This document shows, one piece after another, positions 14,948 to 29,005 of a stretch of 64,000 nt of DNA. The notes under the pieces were generated by a model. It saw only the letters and a program-made list of their open reading frames with translations. It was not told where the DNA came from and searched no databases. A program made the translations under genes and the position numbers. Source of the DNA: Octopus vulgaris (taxonomy: Eukaryota); contig OX597821.1 of NCBI GenBank assembly GCA_951406725.2, positions 111,724,001 to 111,788,000 on the forward strand. The letters are read 5' to 3'. Position 1 is the stretch's first letter. Each line of letters opens with the position of its first letter.

Positions 14948-15166
14948 ATATAGATAGATAGATAGATAGATATTTTATCTTTTAAATGTATCAGTCATTA
15001 GACTACGGCCATACTGGGGCTGTGTCTTGAAGAATGAATCGACTCCGGAACGTTTTTAAGGCAAAGTCGACCTCGACGGAATTTGAACTCGGAACTTAGC
15101 GGCAGACGAAAAACTGCTAAGCATTTCGCCCCGGCGTTCCAACGATTCTGCCAGCTCTCCGCCTTT

Positions 15167-15232
<66 letters not shown>

Positions 15233-15233
<1 letters not shown>

Positions 15234-15620
15234 TTAATGAAATAGAAATCAGCAAAATGTGGAAGCTGAAGACTAAAACAATACCTGTTGTCATAGGTGC
15301 CCTGGGAATGATAGCGAAAGGGACTGATTGCTACCTAACTCAGATACCAGGAAACCCCAAAATGGCAGAAATTCAAAAGATAGTGCTCATGGGAACTGCT
15401 CATATCCTACGCAAAATACTCTCTATGTAATCCCAAGGTTTAAAACAATTTTTTTTTTTTTTTAATGTATTAGACATTCACTAGTACAACCCCCCCACCA
15501 CCACCACCACCAAAAAAAACCCCAAATATATGGCACAGAACTTCCAACCTGTTGTCTCTTGAGGTCTCTGGGTGAGACTTGGAGCCAACTTGTACAGACT
15601 TAAAGCAAAAGTCAAACATA
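15233..15620 (+). mobile_element. 5'-truncated R4/Dong-clade LINE (C-terminal restriction-like endonuclease region plus 3' UTR) inserted in (TAA)n
   Basis: EIEISKMWKLKTKTIPVVIGALGMI...IQKIVLMGTAHILRKILS is the characteristic R4/Dong C-terminus (EI..MW.......PVVIGALG...IQK..LLGTA.ILR). (TAA)n lies on both sides. Confidence 0.8.
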
Positions 15621-15767
15621 TAATAATAATAATAATGATGATGATGATGATAATAGTAATAATGATGACGACGACGACGACGACGACAACAAAAACAACA
15701 ACAACAATAATAATAATAATCAGCATGCTTACGATTCTGTCAGTTCGCTGCTTTTTTTAAATTCATT

Positions 15768-16330
15768 TATTACCTCCCTAGCGAAGGCGAAGGCGGAGGT
15801 ATTGTTTTCAGTCGCGTTTGTTTGTCCGTGGACAAGATATCTCAAGAACCACTGGATGGTATCGGATGAAGCTTTCAGGGATGCTTGGCCTCGTGACTGA
15901 CATGAGCTGATTAGATTTTGGGATTGATCCGGTTTCCGGACAGGGATTCTGGATTATTTGTTATATTTACTTTACATGATTACGATCTTACGTTAAGTGT
16001 CTCCCTTTAGGCTGTAACTATTTTGAATGGTGAAATTGCTAACTTTGGCTTGTATTAGATAAGGATAAACTATTTATTACTGTTACTAAATTGTCTACAG
16101 CCACCTTCACATTCCTGGACTACCATTGGATCAGTCAGGTACTGGACAAGGATTCTGGATAATTTTTCCTGTATTTTTACTTAATTTTTGAGAGCGGTCG
16201 GGTTCATTTTTAGTATTCCCGATTGTGAAAGTAGTCGAGTTTATTTCAGATATTCTCATTTCAAAAATCATCCCTGGCTAATCGTTGAGAGGACGTTGGT
16301 GTTACCTTGTTATTACTGGGGTTTTTTTCG
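15768..16330 (+). mobile_element. Probable Helentron-associated (HINE-like) non-autonomous DNA element
   Basis: Starts TATTACCTCC...GGCGGAGGTATTGTTTTC..GTTTGTTTGTCCGT, then GGATGAAGCTTTCAGGG...GATTAGATTTTGGGATTGATCCGG, a typical HINE layout. GGATTCTGGAT is repeated at ~15944 and ~16150. Confidence 0.45.
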
Positions 16331-16619
16331 GTTTGAAATTATGCATCCTTAAGAATGTTTCACCAAGGCAACCACTCCAGTGACGCTGCTCTCGATACGC
16401 CGCTAATCACACACAATCCAATGTCTTAGAGCAGAGAGAGCCACATTAAATAACATAGTCAATACATGGCTTATTTTGTAAGGCAGCAAAGTGGCAGAAT
16501 TGTTAGCACACCGAAAAAAAAAACCTTAGCGGCATTTCATCAGTCTTTACGTTCTGAGTTCAAATTCCACCGTGGTCGACTTTCCCTTTTATCCTTTCGG
16601 AGTCGATAAGATAAGTAAC

Positions 16620-16925
16620 GTGGGGGCACATGGCCCAGTGATTAGGGCAGCGGACTTGCGGTCGGAGGATCGCGGTTTCGATTCCCAGACCGAGCCTTGT
16701 GTGTGTTTATTGAGCAAAAACAGCTAAAGCTCCACGAGTCTCCGGCAGGGGGTGGTGGTGACCCCTGTTGTACTCTTTCGCCACAGCTTTCTCTCACCCT
16801 CTCTCTCTCTTCCTGTTTCTTGAGTAACGCTGGCGTCCTGTCCAGCTGGGGGGAACACATACGCCACAGAAACCGGGAAATCGGGCCCATGAGCCTGGCT
16901 AGGCTTAAAAAGGGCGATAAAACAA
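16620..16925 (+). mobile_element. tRNA-derived SINE family C nested inside a SINE A copy (~16480-16619 plus ~16930-17015)
   Basis: Head TGGCCCAGTGATTAGGGCAGCGGAC...TTCGATTCCCAGACC. The family-A sequence GATAAGTA resumes after it as GATAAGTACCAGTTG. Confidence 0.8.
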
Positions 16926-17640
16926 AAAAAAAAGATAAGTACCAGTTGAGTACTGGGATAGATGTAATCGATTCACCCTACACCCCTGGAATTGCTGGTC
17001 TTGTGCCAAAATTCAAAATCAATATATGGCTTATTTCATAAAAAAAAAGAAGAAAGAAAACGGTTAGCTGAAGCTGGAATGCATTTACTAATGGATCTAC
17101 GCAATCAGAATTCGCCTGGGGCTAAACAATTTCTTCATCTTGAGTGTCGGCTATGTTTTATTAACCACAATGCTGTCTTGCTATCAACTGTCTTCCGACA
17201 AGTTTCTGGAAAAGGAGAAAAAAAATGAATATTAAAAACATTTCACTCTTTAAAAAACAGAATATCAACGACTTTTTAACTCTTTCTTATTTTTGGTTCT
17301 ATTTTATTTTTTTCGGTTTTCGTACTTGCAAGGGTTGTGTATACGCATGCGTATAACTGTTGAGATATATACGAGTATAGGACGAACAGATACTTGTTTC
17401 TTGTTTACACACAATAGTTTCTTCAAATATTATGGTGAAAAAGCACCAAATAAAAGCCAGAAACACATTTATAGAGCTGGTACATAAAATAGGCTTCTTC
17501 TGGCATACCTTTGTAAAGTGGTGTGTCCACCATTTTATATTGTGTGGCTGCGTGCATATAAGTATAAATGCGTATGTTCGTAATAATCTATGTACATCTA
17601 TATATGTACATGAATATGTATTCGTGTATGCCTATATATG

Positions 17641-17698
<58 letters not shown>

Positions 17699-17929
17699 TG
17701 TCGGGAGAGAGTGAGAGTTGGGAGTTGGGAGAGAGAAATATGGACAAACAAACTTTTGCTGTCTTCCTCTCTCACTTTACTCCTTGTGTCACGTAGTTTT
17801 CAACACAACTTTTTGTCTGATATATGCGTATACTTGCACAAATTTGTATCTTTAAGCATCCTTACAAGTATATGATTGTGTATAGGTATGCGTGTATTTG
17901 TGTGTGTGTATATATACATACATGTATCG

Positions 17930-17968
<39 letters not shown>

Positions 17969-18055
17969 AACACACATATACATATATATGAATATAAATA
18001 AATAAATAGATAGATAGATAAATAAATAAATATATATACATATATATAACTGTTT

Positions 18056-18133
<78 letters not shown>

Positions 18134-18487
18134 TGTATATATTTATATATATATATGCATTTATATACACACACAGGATAATATATACATGGTATATTAA
18201 TACATTATGCATGGAAAAAATACAAACATATGCAATTATACGTCATATCTGGCTTTGTGAGTGCGTACATGCGTGCGTACGTGATTGCATTTATGCGTCT
18301 CTGTATATATGCATGTGTGTGTATGTGTTCGTGTATGTCTGTGTCTGTATGTGTGTGTATATGTTTATCTGCAAGCTTGTACACATTACTGTACGCTTCA
18401 TTTTTGTTTTATGATGCTGTTATTAAATATTATAGCACTATCGTTTGTGTGAGAATGTATATATATATATGTATATATGTATATATG

Positions 18488-18519
<32 letters not shown>

Positions 18520-18563
18520 GGTACATATCTGTATCCATATCTTTCTATCTATATATCTATCCA

Positions 18564-18621
<58 letters not shown>

Positions 18622-18782
18622 TGTATATATATATATATATGTCTGTGCATACGTATGTGCATATATATATATAATATATATATATGATTTTAAATAGTTA
18701 TATATACGCACATACATATACATATAAATCTACATCCACACGTCCATGCGTGTGTACAGACATAAATACATACATACATAAA

Positions 18783-18822
<40 letters not shown>

Positions 18823-19432
18823 TAACAGTTTGTTGACATCGTTATATATTCCCATACTGTGCCAATTTGTTTTTTTTTTAGATATATTCATGTACATACT
18901 GCGACAGATATAGAATATGATAAGAAAAACCACACATATTTTCTATATGTATGGCTACCATCATTTATATGTGTACACACCAACTTGTTTAGCGCACTAC
19001 GCGCGCGCGGACACACATACACACATACACACGTGATATTCATATTCCTTAATATTTTTTTTCAGCTACCAAACCGATTTCAGTTTCCGCTGGGTTTGAA
19101 AGTCTACAAGTGGACGTATCACTGAAATTAGGTTCTTGACGAGGAGCCATGCTCAAAGCATCATTTCCACTCGTATTTTTCCATCTAAAAACTTTCACGG
19201 AACATGAGTCTAATATATTGACTGTGTGCATCTAATAGACTTTTGTTGTTTTTTCCTGTTTTTTTTTTATTTGCTTCTATATATGTATGTATATATAAAC
19301 TTTACAGACAAGATAGTAAAGCCGTGAAAACAGCAGAAATATTTGGTATTTACCCTTATAAGACGGTGAGTAGGTTGGTGTAATCGGTTAGCACACTCAT
19401 CGCGAAGATAATTGTTGTAGGTTCGTTTCCTA

Positions 19433-19826
19433 CTCTTTACTCTTTACTTGTTTCAGTCATTTGACTGTGGCCATGCTGGAGCACCGCCTTTAATCGAGCA
19501 ATTCGACCCCAGGACTTATTCTTTGTAAGCTTAGTACTTATTCTATCGGTCTCTTTTGCCGAACCGCTAAGTTACGATGACGTAAACACACCAGCATCGG
19601 TTGTCAAGCGATGTTGGTTGAACAAACACAGATACACAAACATATATACACACACATATATATACATGTATACGACGAGCTTCTTTCAGTTTCCGTCTAC
19701 CAAATCCACTCACAATCTTTGGTCGACCCGAGGCTATAGTAGAAGACACTTGCCCAAGGTGCCACGCGGTGGGACTGAACCCGGAACCATGTGATTCGTA
19801 AACAAGCTACTTACCACACAGCCACT
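19433..19826 (-). mobile_element. Full-length SINE family B
   Basis: Reverse complement of the 12658-13065 element. Confidence 0.85.
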
Positions 19827-20029
19827 TCTTACAAAACCACGACGTCTTTTTTTTCCGTCGATGGTTTATATGCCTCAATATTAGACTATTTTCTTTAGTC
19901 ATTACAAAATGAACGCTTGTGAGCCTTACCTTTAATACGTTTGAAACTTACTTTTTCCCGTCTTATAAGGGTAAATACCCAGTCTTTCTGCTGTCTTCAC
20001 AGCTTTACTGCGTTCAAAATTTAATTTCT

Positions 20030-20342
20030 TGTAGGGGATCTCCGAAAGGGGTCTCAGGGAGTAACGTCCCTGCCTTCTTGAGCTAGTTTTCCACCACATT
20101 TCTTAAAAATCGTGGTAGAGGCTTTGGTAGAAACTGAGGTTGGGCTTAAGCAAGGGCATGCTCCCCATAGAAAATCCAGCTCCAAAAAAACGTCATGATA
20201 GCAAAGGAGAATGGGCACTAGCCAGCCAGCCCAAAGGTTGGGGTAGGGCTGCACTTGCCTACCTCGTTGCCATGGCATTGAGGTAGATCCGGCCAACCCC
20301 GTTAAGGGGGACAAAACTCGGATTTAAAACACTGGATGATTA
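20030..20342 (+). mobile_element. GC-richer SINE/LINE-3'-like insertion (family unassigned)
   Basis: Abrupt rise in GC, ending ...GGCCAACCCCGTTAAGGGGGACAAAACTCGG...GATGATTA. It interrupts the right arm of the 19301-20352 inverted repeat. Confidence 0.4.
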
Positions 20343-20588
20343 TGTCTGTAAATTAACAAACACATTCGATGCTCCCAAAGTTTGTTTATAAAATGTTGCA
20401 TATGTCAAATCTAATTGTGTTTATCTTCCACACTACCTCCAAATCAGTTTCCCTTGGATTTTTCTCATAGCCACTGTTGACGCCTTGGACCGAGTTCTGG
20501 ATGAAGTATTCGGAGTTTAAATTCAAATTCCTTTTAGCACTACTACGTGTTTTCTATACTGAACAATTTTAGCTCTCCTATTGTCTGA

Positions 20589-20649
<61 letters not shown>

Positions 20650-20760
20650 GATGAATATGGTACTTAAGTTGAGGCACCAGAATTTAGTACGGTATTATCC
20701 ATACAATTTCAAAGTAAGGTGATTAAAATGAAAATAAGCAACAAGGATATCCAGAGGTAA

Positions 20761-20847
20761 TGCAGTACGATCGTTTCATGCAACTCCATTTAATTGAACA
20801 ATGCAATCATTATATCAATTTAAAATGCAGAGCAATATTTAGCTGCA
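20761..20847 (-). ncRNA. Decayed type I hammerhead with extended stem II
   Basis: Minus strand TGCAG-CTAAATA-TTGC...long imperfect stem...GCAT-GAA-ACGATCGT-A-CTGCA. Stems I and III and the GUA triplet are intact; the core has 2 mismatches to CTGAAGA. Confidence 0.45.
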
Positions 20848-21092
20848 CAAAGACATAGAATTTAATTTAAATTAGAACAGATGGACACATTGGTATAATT
20901 ATACTTAAAATCTCCAAGAGGTTAAGGAGATAGACAAAGAACATGCTGTCCCGTAGTTAATAAAGCGTATGATATACACCTTGTAGTTCGCCGGTAAAGC
21001 ACGTTCACTGCCTATGGCTAGCTGATGTCATCCGCCGTATTATTATAAGTGTCACCTCGATCTCCTTCAGGAATTCCTGCTTTCGTAGGGTA

Positions 21093-21318
21093 TGTAATTA
21101 ATGGGATTGATGGAAAATCAGAATATACGAGAAACTTTATTGATCACTACAATCGTTTCGACCCATCTAGCATCGAGCCCTCGCAAGTGGATACACGTCG
21201 AACATTTGTACTGTAGCCCAACTGCGTGGGATCGATGCTAGATGGGTCGAAACGATTGTAGTGATCAATAAAGTTTCCCGTATATATTCCATCTTCCGTC
21301 ACTCTCATTAATTATGTA
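21093..21318. repeat. Fold-back with ~85-bp arms containing the 3' half of a hammerhead motif
   Basis: GAAACTTTATTGATCACTACAATCGTTTCGACCCATCTAGCATCGA is mirrored exactly by TCGATGCTAGATGGGTCGAAACGATTGTAGTGATCAATAAAGTTTC. GAA-AC(GATT)GT-A is followed by AATAAA. Confidence 0.85.
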
Positions 21319-21917
21319 TGTGTGTGTGTGTGTGTGTGTGTAGGTAGATAGATAGATAAGTATAGATGCGTGGAAAGCACATATATACACACTAACATGC
21401 GTTGTTGGATTATATATCAGTTCTATTGTAAGTTTGTGTATGTATGTATATATCTACATATACACGTATGTGTTTGTATGAGTATGTTATTGTCTGTGTG
21501 TGTGTGTGTGTATATATAATATATATATGCGCATACGTGTGTGTATGTGTGTGTGTGTGTGTGTCTGCATGTGTGTGTGCGCGTGTATCGGTGTATGTGT
21601 TCTATTAATCTAAAAAATGGTGAATCGGATTTCATAACAATTTATATTTGTTTGTATCATTCAATTTTTCCATATTTTTCCATTTTTCTGTGCCTTTTTT
21701 TTCTGCCTGGTTTGCATATATTGAATCAATTATATCTAGGATATTGAACTTCAAATTATCGATCTTGCTCATTAAAAAGAATTCGACTTAACCAATTAGA
21801 AGGTACGCCATATTTATATGATTTTAACTGTCTCCTTTATATCAATAATATACACACGTACTTGGTATCTCTGTCATACGCCACACATATACGCAGTATA
21901 TATATACATACATATAC

Positions 21918-22008
<91 letters not shown>

Positions 22009-22084
22009 CATACCTATATATATATATATCCATACATACCTATATATATATATATATATATAAGAGAGAGAGAGAGAGAGAGAG

Positions 22085-22158
<74 letters not shown>

Positions 22159-22640
22159 TGTATGTATGTATATTGTATATAAGATTGAATGTAACAGTAC
22201 ATTACGCAGGATATATGGTAAACAATTAAAAATTATTTACAAATACATCGGTGGCCAGAATATGCAAATAAAATATATTTTTCTCATAAACGAAGAGTGT
22301 ATAATTGTGAATAAATTCCAATTATAACGGAGAGGGTTAGAAAAACCCTTACATGTTTAGAAATAGCAGTCAAGACTGCTGTAAAGCCACTATGAAGTCT
22401 TATGTTATATCTCCGCAACAATAAAAGCTGTCGGCGAGCGATTTGACATATAAATACTCAAAATTTAAATGAAAATGGAAGTTTAGTCCTCTCTTGCAAT
22501 TTCGAAGTTAGGAACCAAAAATAGGCTCTTCTCGTCAGGAGAACATTCCTGTACATAGGAATTACCACAAAAACATACTTTTGGGCTTAAAACATGCCCC
22601 CACCGGCAAGGATAATGTGTCAACGTCTATCTACACAATT

Positions 22641-23099
22641 GAATGACGAAGCCACCTTGAGCATAATCCTATGAACCCAGAAATTGAAAACAGAGGGTTA
22701 CCCACTTGCAAACAAATGTGGTAACATATAACAATATTGACCAGGGTTACCGTGGTCTTTTTCGTAGGCTTTTCTTCCCACGGATAAACCTTACTTGCTT
22801 TCCCCTTTACACCATACATCATGACACTGTGATACACGATTCCTATTGATCGTTTTTTTTCCTCTTTTTTCTCCTCTTTTCATTTTTCTTTTCTTTTTTC
22901 CCTTTTTTTTCTTTTTTTTCTTTTCCCTTTTTTCCTTTTTCTCTTTTTTCTTTTTTTTTTGTTCTTTTTTCCCTTTTACGATCCCTTTTGATCGAAAACC
23001 TACGCCACCTTTTTTTTTTTTTTTTTTCTCCCAAAAGAAAATCTCTACCTTGTAACTTGTCCCATCTGTGTGCAGCCCTGTATGGCCAATAAAGAAACT
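22641..23099 (+). mobile_element. 5'-truncated non-LTR retrotransposon 3' end (L1/Tx1-like) with a 13-bp target site duplication
   Basis: TATCTACACAATT at 22628-22640 and 23100-23112. Short ORF end NDEATLSIIL*, T-rich 3' UTR, ends AATAAAGAAAC. A second copy lies at 60395-60660 on minus. The clade call is tentative. Confidence 0.7.
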
Positions 23100-23164
23100 T
23101 ATCTACACAATTTAAATTTTGAATTCAAACGTCATGCACAGGGTTTATAAGAAGAAACCAGGTA

Positions 23165-23950
23165 AACTAGCCGGACGAAATGCATAGTGGTATTTCGTCT
23201 GCCGCTACGTTCTGAGTTCAAATTCCGCCGAGGTCGACTTTGCCTTTCATCCTTTCGGGGTCGATTAATCAAGTACCAGTTAGGCACTGGGGTCGATATA
23301 ATCGACTTAATCCGTTTCTCTGTCGGCGAGCTGGCAGAAACGTTAGCGCGCCGGGCGAAATGCTTTACGGTATTTCGTCTGCCGTTACGTTCTGAGTTCA
23401 AATTCCGCCGAGGTCGACTTTGCCTTTTATCCTTTCGGGGTCGATAAATAAATTGCCAGTTACGCACTGGGGTCGATGTAATCGACTTAATACCTATGTC
23501 TGTCCTTGTTTGTTCCCTCTATGTTTAGCCCCTTGTGGGTAATAAAGAAATAGGTATTTCGTCTGCCGCTACGTTCTGAGTTCAAATTCCGCCGAGGTCG
23601 ACTTTGCCTTTCATCCTTTCGGGGTCGACTAATTAAGTACCAGTTAGGCACTGGGGTCGATATAATCGACTTAATCCGTTTCTCTGTCTTGCTTGTCCCC
23701 CCCCCTGTGTTTAGCCCCTTGTGGGTAGTAAAGAAATAAGAAACGTTGTGAGTTCAAATTATGCCGAGGTCGACTTTGTCTTTCATCCTTTCGAGTTCGA
23801 TAAATTAAGTATCAATTGCGTACTGGGGGGTCGATCTAATCGACTGGCCTCCTCCCCCCAAATTTCGGACCTTGTGCCTAGAGTAGAAAAGAATATTTGG
23901 AGGAAGGCGGCGAGCTGGCAGAAACGTTAGCACGCCGGGCGAAATGCTTA
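23165..23950 (+). mobile_element. Tandem array of 4-5 SINE A copies
   Basis: GAGTTCAAATT...GAGGTCGACTTTG recurs at ~23210, 23390, 23575 and 23750; a head fragment lies at ~23905. Confidence 0.9.
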
Positions 23951-24084
23951 GTAGGAAAGAATATTTGGAGGTTTTTAAATATATTCGCATCTTTCTTTCT
24001 TAAGGAATTAAATTGACTAACTCAAACACACGCGCGCGCGCACCCAGGTTCTTTCTTAAATCAAGAATTATCGATTGTATCTCT

Positions 24085-24286
24085 TATCTTTTACTTGCTT
24101 CAGCCATCAGATTGCGGCCATGCTGGGGCACGGCTTTCAAGAATTTTTAATCGATATATTCGATACAGTACTTATTTTTTGAAATCAAGTACTTATTCCG
24201 TCGGTTTCTTTTGCTGAACCGCTAGCTTAAGTGGATGAAAACATAGACACAAAGGAGACAAACACATACGCAAAGACACACACACT

Positions 24287-24326
<40 letters not shown>

Positions 24327-24442
24327 TATATATATAGATGCATATACATACATGTATATATACACATATATATACACACGCATATATATATGCATATATA
24401 TATATACATATATATATGCATATATATGTATATACATAGATG

Positions 24443-24503
<61 letters not shown>

Positions 24504-24623
24504 ATATGCATATATATAAATGTATCCAGGACAACATTATCAAATGTATTGCTTCACTTTTACCAGTTAAGTACCAGTTACGCACTGGGGTCGATATAAT
24601 CGACTTAATCCGTTTGTATACAT

Positions 24624-24660
<37 letters not shown>

Positions 24661-24713
24661 CATACACACATACATACATGCATACATATGCAATTACACA
24701 CACACACACACAC

Positions 24714-24744
<31 letters not shown>

Positions 24745-24900
24745 CGTATGACTGGATTCTTTCAGTTTCCATCTACCAAATCCACTTACCAGATTTTTGG
24801 TTGACCCGAGGTTATAGTAGAAAAGACTTGCCCAAGGTACCACGTCGTGGGACTGAACACACAACCATGTGAATGGGAAGCAAGCTTCTTTCTACACAGT
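24085..24900 (-). mobile_element. SINE family B with an expanded internal microsatellite carrying inserted patches
   Basis: The 3' half (~24085-24260) and 5' half (~24750-24900) flank TA/CA tracts, a 40-bp captured segment and a SINE A fragment. Confidence 0.65.
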
Positions 24901-25069
24901 CAAGAATAATACGAATCTTTTGAAAGGAGTTTTTCTGGTGTTAAAGTGCTCGAATACAATACGACGAAAATTTTCTTCAAATAGATTCGTGTCATACCGT
25001 TTTTGAAGTTGTACACAATACTCTAAGACACACACACACACACACACATACACACACACACACACACAC

Positions 25070-25130
<61 letters not shown>

Positions 25131-25373
25131 TTTTGATTTAAGAGAATCTTTTTACAAATATCGTGACTGTATCATGAATTCTTTCCAGAAACTCTTTCAT
25201 ATGCAATATATAATATAACATACACAAATACATACATACATACATACATACATACATACATACATACATACATACATACATACATACATACATACATACA
25301 TACATACATACATACATACATACATACATACATACATACATACATACATACGTACATACATACATACATACAT

Positions 25374-25408
<35 letters not shown>

Positions 25409-25604
25409 TACACACACACACACATATATATATATATAGAGAGAGACAAAGAGACATGCACACACACATATACATATTTATGTATGTATATATATTATAT
25501 TGTATATTATACATATATGAATAAGATATATATCTACGTGCATGCATTTATCTGTTGATATATCTATTTATGTATGTACGCGCATATGCATACATAGTAG
25601 TAGT

Positions 25605-25637
<33 letters not shown>

Positions 25638-25701
25638 CATTACTATTATCATTATTATTATTATTATTATTATTGTTATTATTATTATTATTATTATTAT
25701 A

Positions 25702-25739
<38 letters not shown>

Positions 25740-25759
25740 CATTATTATTATTATTATTA

Positions 25760-25802
<43 letters not shown>

Positions 25803-25822
25803 CATTATTATTATTATTATTA

Positions 25823-25919
<97 letters not shown>

Positions 25920-25921
25920 CA

Positions 25922-26051
<130 letters not shown>

Positions 26052-26141
26052 AGGGCAGCAGCAGCAGCAAAATTAACGTTAATAGCAACGACAGTGAGAC
26101 AATGAAGGCGTCTCTTAGCAACAAACAACCAAATTACTTAC

Positions 26142-26219
26142 CCGCATGTATTTTTTTCTCTAGTTTTTTCTCAAAACTGAAGCAATACATTTGATAATGT
26201 TGTCCTGGATACATTTAGC
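26142..26219 (-). other. Candidate 78-nt spliced exon (non-coding or 5' UTR, possibly ending ATG CGG)
   Basis: Minus strand acceptor TTTTGCCTTTTCTTTCTTCCAG|GCTAAATG and donor CATGCGG|GTAAGT. Stops occur in all three frames, so it is not an internal coding exon. Confidence 0.45.
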
Positions 26220-27552
26220 CTGGAAGAAAGAAAAGGCAAAATGGAAAAAACCAAAACATACAAAACAATAGAGAAAAAAAAAATTAGGGAAAAAAAAATC
26301 ACCCCCACCGACGGTGGGAGACACGGTTGGAATGTCTTTCATCGTATGTTTTTGGTTCGTCAGTATTGACATGGTGACAAATAACAATATCAAGAATAGA
26401 AGCAACAACAACAACGACTACAACTGCAACAGCAGCAGCAGCAACAGCAGCAGCAGCAACAGCAGCAGTAACAACGGAAACGGAAACAATAGCAACAACT
26501 ACAACAACAACAACAACAACAATAACAATAACAACGACAACAACAACAACAGCTGTACCGACAAAAGCGACTATAATCGCAGCATCTACGAAATCAAATC
26601 GTAAACAAACACTAGAATGACTTAACAGGTTATTTTCGCTTACTTTGCTAAGATGTTTCACACGCATGATTTTTTTCAGGGAAAAATTGCAAATGCGACA
26701 AGTGGAGAACTTGTTGAGAGCATTTTCTTAGTTTCCTTTTCTTTTTCTTTCTCTCTTTTTATTTTTTCTCGTAGAGAGGGGGGGCTGGTCTTCTTCTTCT
26801 TCTTCTTCTTCTTCTTCTTCTTCTTCTTCTTCTTCTTCTTCTTTTTCTTCTTTTTCTTCTTCTTCTTTTCCTTCTTCTTTTTCTTCTTCTTCTTCTTTTT
26901 CTTGTTCTTCTTCTTTTTCTTCTTCTTCTTCTTTTTCTTCTTCTTCCTTCTTCTCCCCCTCCTCCTTCTCTTCTTCTCCTTCCCCTCCTCCTCCTCTTCC
27001 TTCTTCTTCCCTCTCCTCCCATTCCTGCTCTTCTTCCTTTTCCACCTACCCTTCCTGCTTCTCCTCCTCTTCTTTTTCTCCTCCTCTTCACCCCTCCGCT
27101 CATACCCATCATACCCATCTCCCCTTCTTCTTCGTCGTCGTCGTCCTCCTCCTTCTCCCATTCTTCCTTTTCTCCTCCTCCTTTACATAGATTGGTCAGA
27201 GAGAAAAATGTCTTGAACGGTTCTAACGCAAACATCTGAAGAAAATGAGCGATGTATATGAGTAGGTATATGTCTGTGTGTATATGAGTGTATATGAGTA
27301 GTGTATATGAGTATATGTGTGTGTGTATATATGAGTGTATATGAGTATATGTGTGTGTATATGCACAGCGGTATGTATGTGTCATGTATGGAAGCATGTG
27401 TATATCCGAACATACATACGCGCAAACACACATGCACACCAGCATACGTACACGTATGCATACAGGCATATATACATGTGGTTACCTATCCATCACCACT
27501 TTCTCTCCCTCTTCTCCTCTTCTTGTAAACATGCATACACACACACACACAC

Positions 27553-27607
<55 letters not shown>

Positions 27608-27616
27608 CATAAATAC

Positions 27617-27675
<59 letters not shown>

Positions 27676-27853
27676 TATATTACATATGTATTCATATACA
27701 GACATATGCACATGCATGCATGCATGCATACATACAAATTTTTATTTGTATTGTATATACATGCCGATATTTTCCATATAAACATACTTAAAGAGAGAAA
27801 GGAAGGAAGAAATTGATAGATAGATTTATAAACAGACAGACAGATAGTTAGAC

Positions 27854-27947
<94 letters not shown>

Positions 27948-28098
27948 ACAGAGAGAGGTGGGGTAATTGCAGACAGAGACATATGTATGTTAAACAAAAA
28001 AGCCCAATATCTTAACTTTCTCTTGGCAATAATGTGGTTCCTCGTTCAAAGAGAAGATTGGTGAAAAGAAAAAAGTGAAAAAAAAGAACCTTATTTTA

Positions 28099-28188
<90 letters not shown>

Positions 28189-28559
28189 GCTGCTGCTGCT
28201 GCGTGGACGACGACGACGACGATGAGGATGGATATGATAATGATTGTGAGGCTGATGATTTTGTGGATGACGATAAGGGTGGAGGCGGTGGTGATAATAA
28301 TGACGATGACGACAATGATGATGATGATGGTAATAGTGCTATTGCTGCTGATGATGATGACGAGGCTGATGATGACGCTGATGATGTCGGTGATCGCAGT
28401 GATGACGATGATGGCAACGACGACGATGATGATGTTGATGCTGCTGCTGATGATGACGATGATGACAATGACGATGTGGATGACGATGACGATGATGATG
28501 ATTATGATGATGTTGACGATGATGATGAAGATAATGCTGTTGATGATGATGACGACGAC

Positions 28560-28613
<54 letters not shown>

Positions 28614-28950
28614 AATGGTTTCGCTTATGGTAGCGGTGGCGGTGTTGGTAGGTGGCGCTGGCGTCTTTTGCCATTGTAAATAATAAACAGCAGGAAGTTG
28701 TAGCCGTTGTTTTTGTGATTCTATGTGTTGATGTTTTAGTCATTGGTGGTGGTGGTGGTGGTGGTGGTGGTGGTGGTGGTGGTGGTGGTGGTGGTGGTGG
28801 TAGAGGAGGTGGTGGTACTGCTAGTGGTAGAGGTGGTGGTGCTGGTGGCAGTGGTAATTATGAATCCACGTACAATCGAAATGCCATCATTATTGTTCGT
28901 GATCAGGCTTAAATAAAAATATCTATAATTATTGTTGTTATTCAGACCTT

Positions 28951-29005
<55 letters not shown>

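Noticed and set aside
19133-19165. Hammerhead-like TTGACGA-G-GAGC(CAT)GCTC-AAAG, and a similar weak motif at ~58532-58565
   Set aside because: Core or stem I is not recoverable; at most decayed relatives.
23165-23950. CRISPR-like regular repeats
   Set aside because: Eukaryotic SINE multimers with long variable units and no unique spacers or cas genes.
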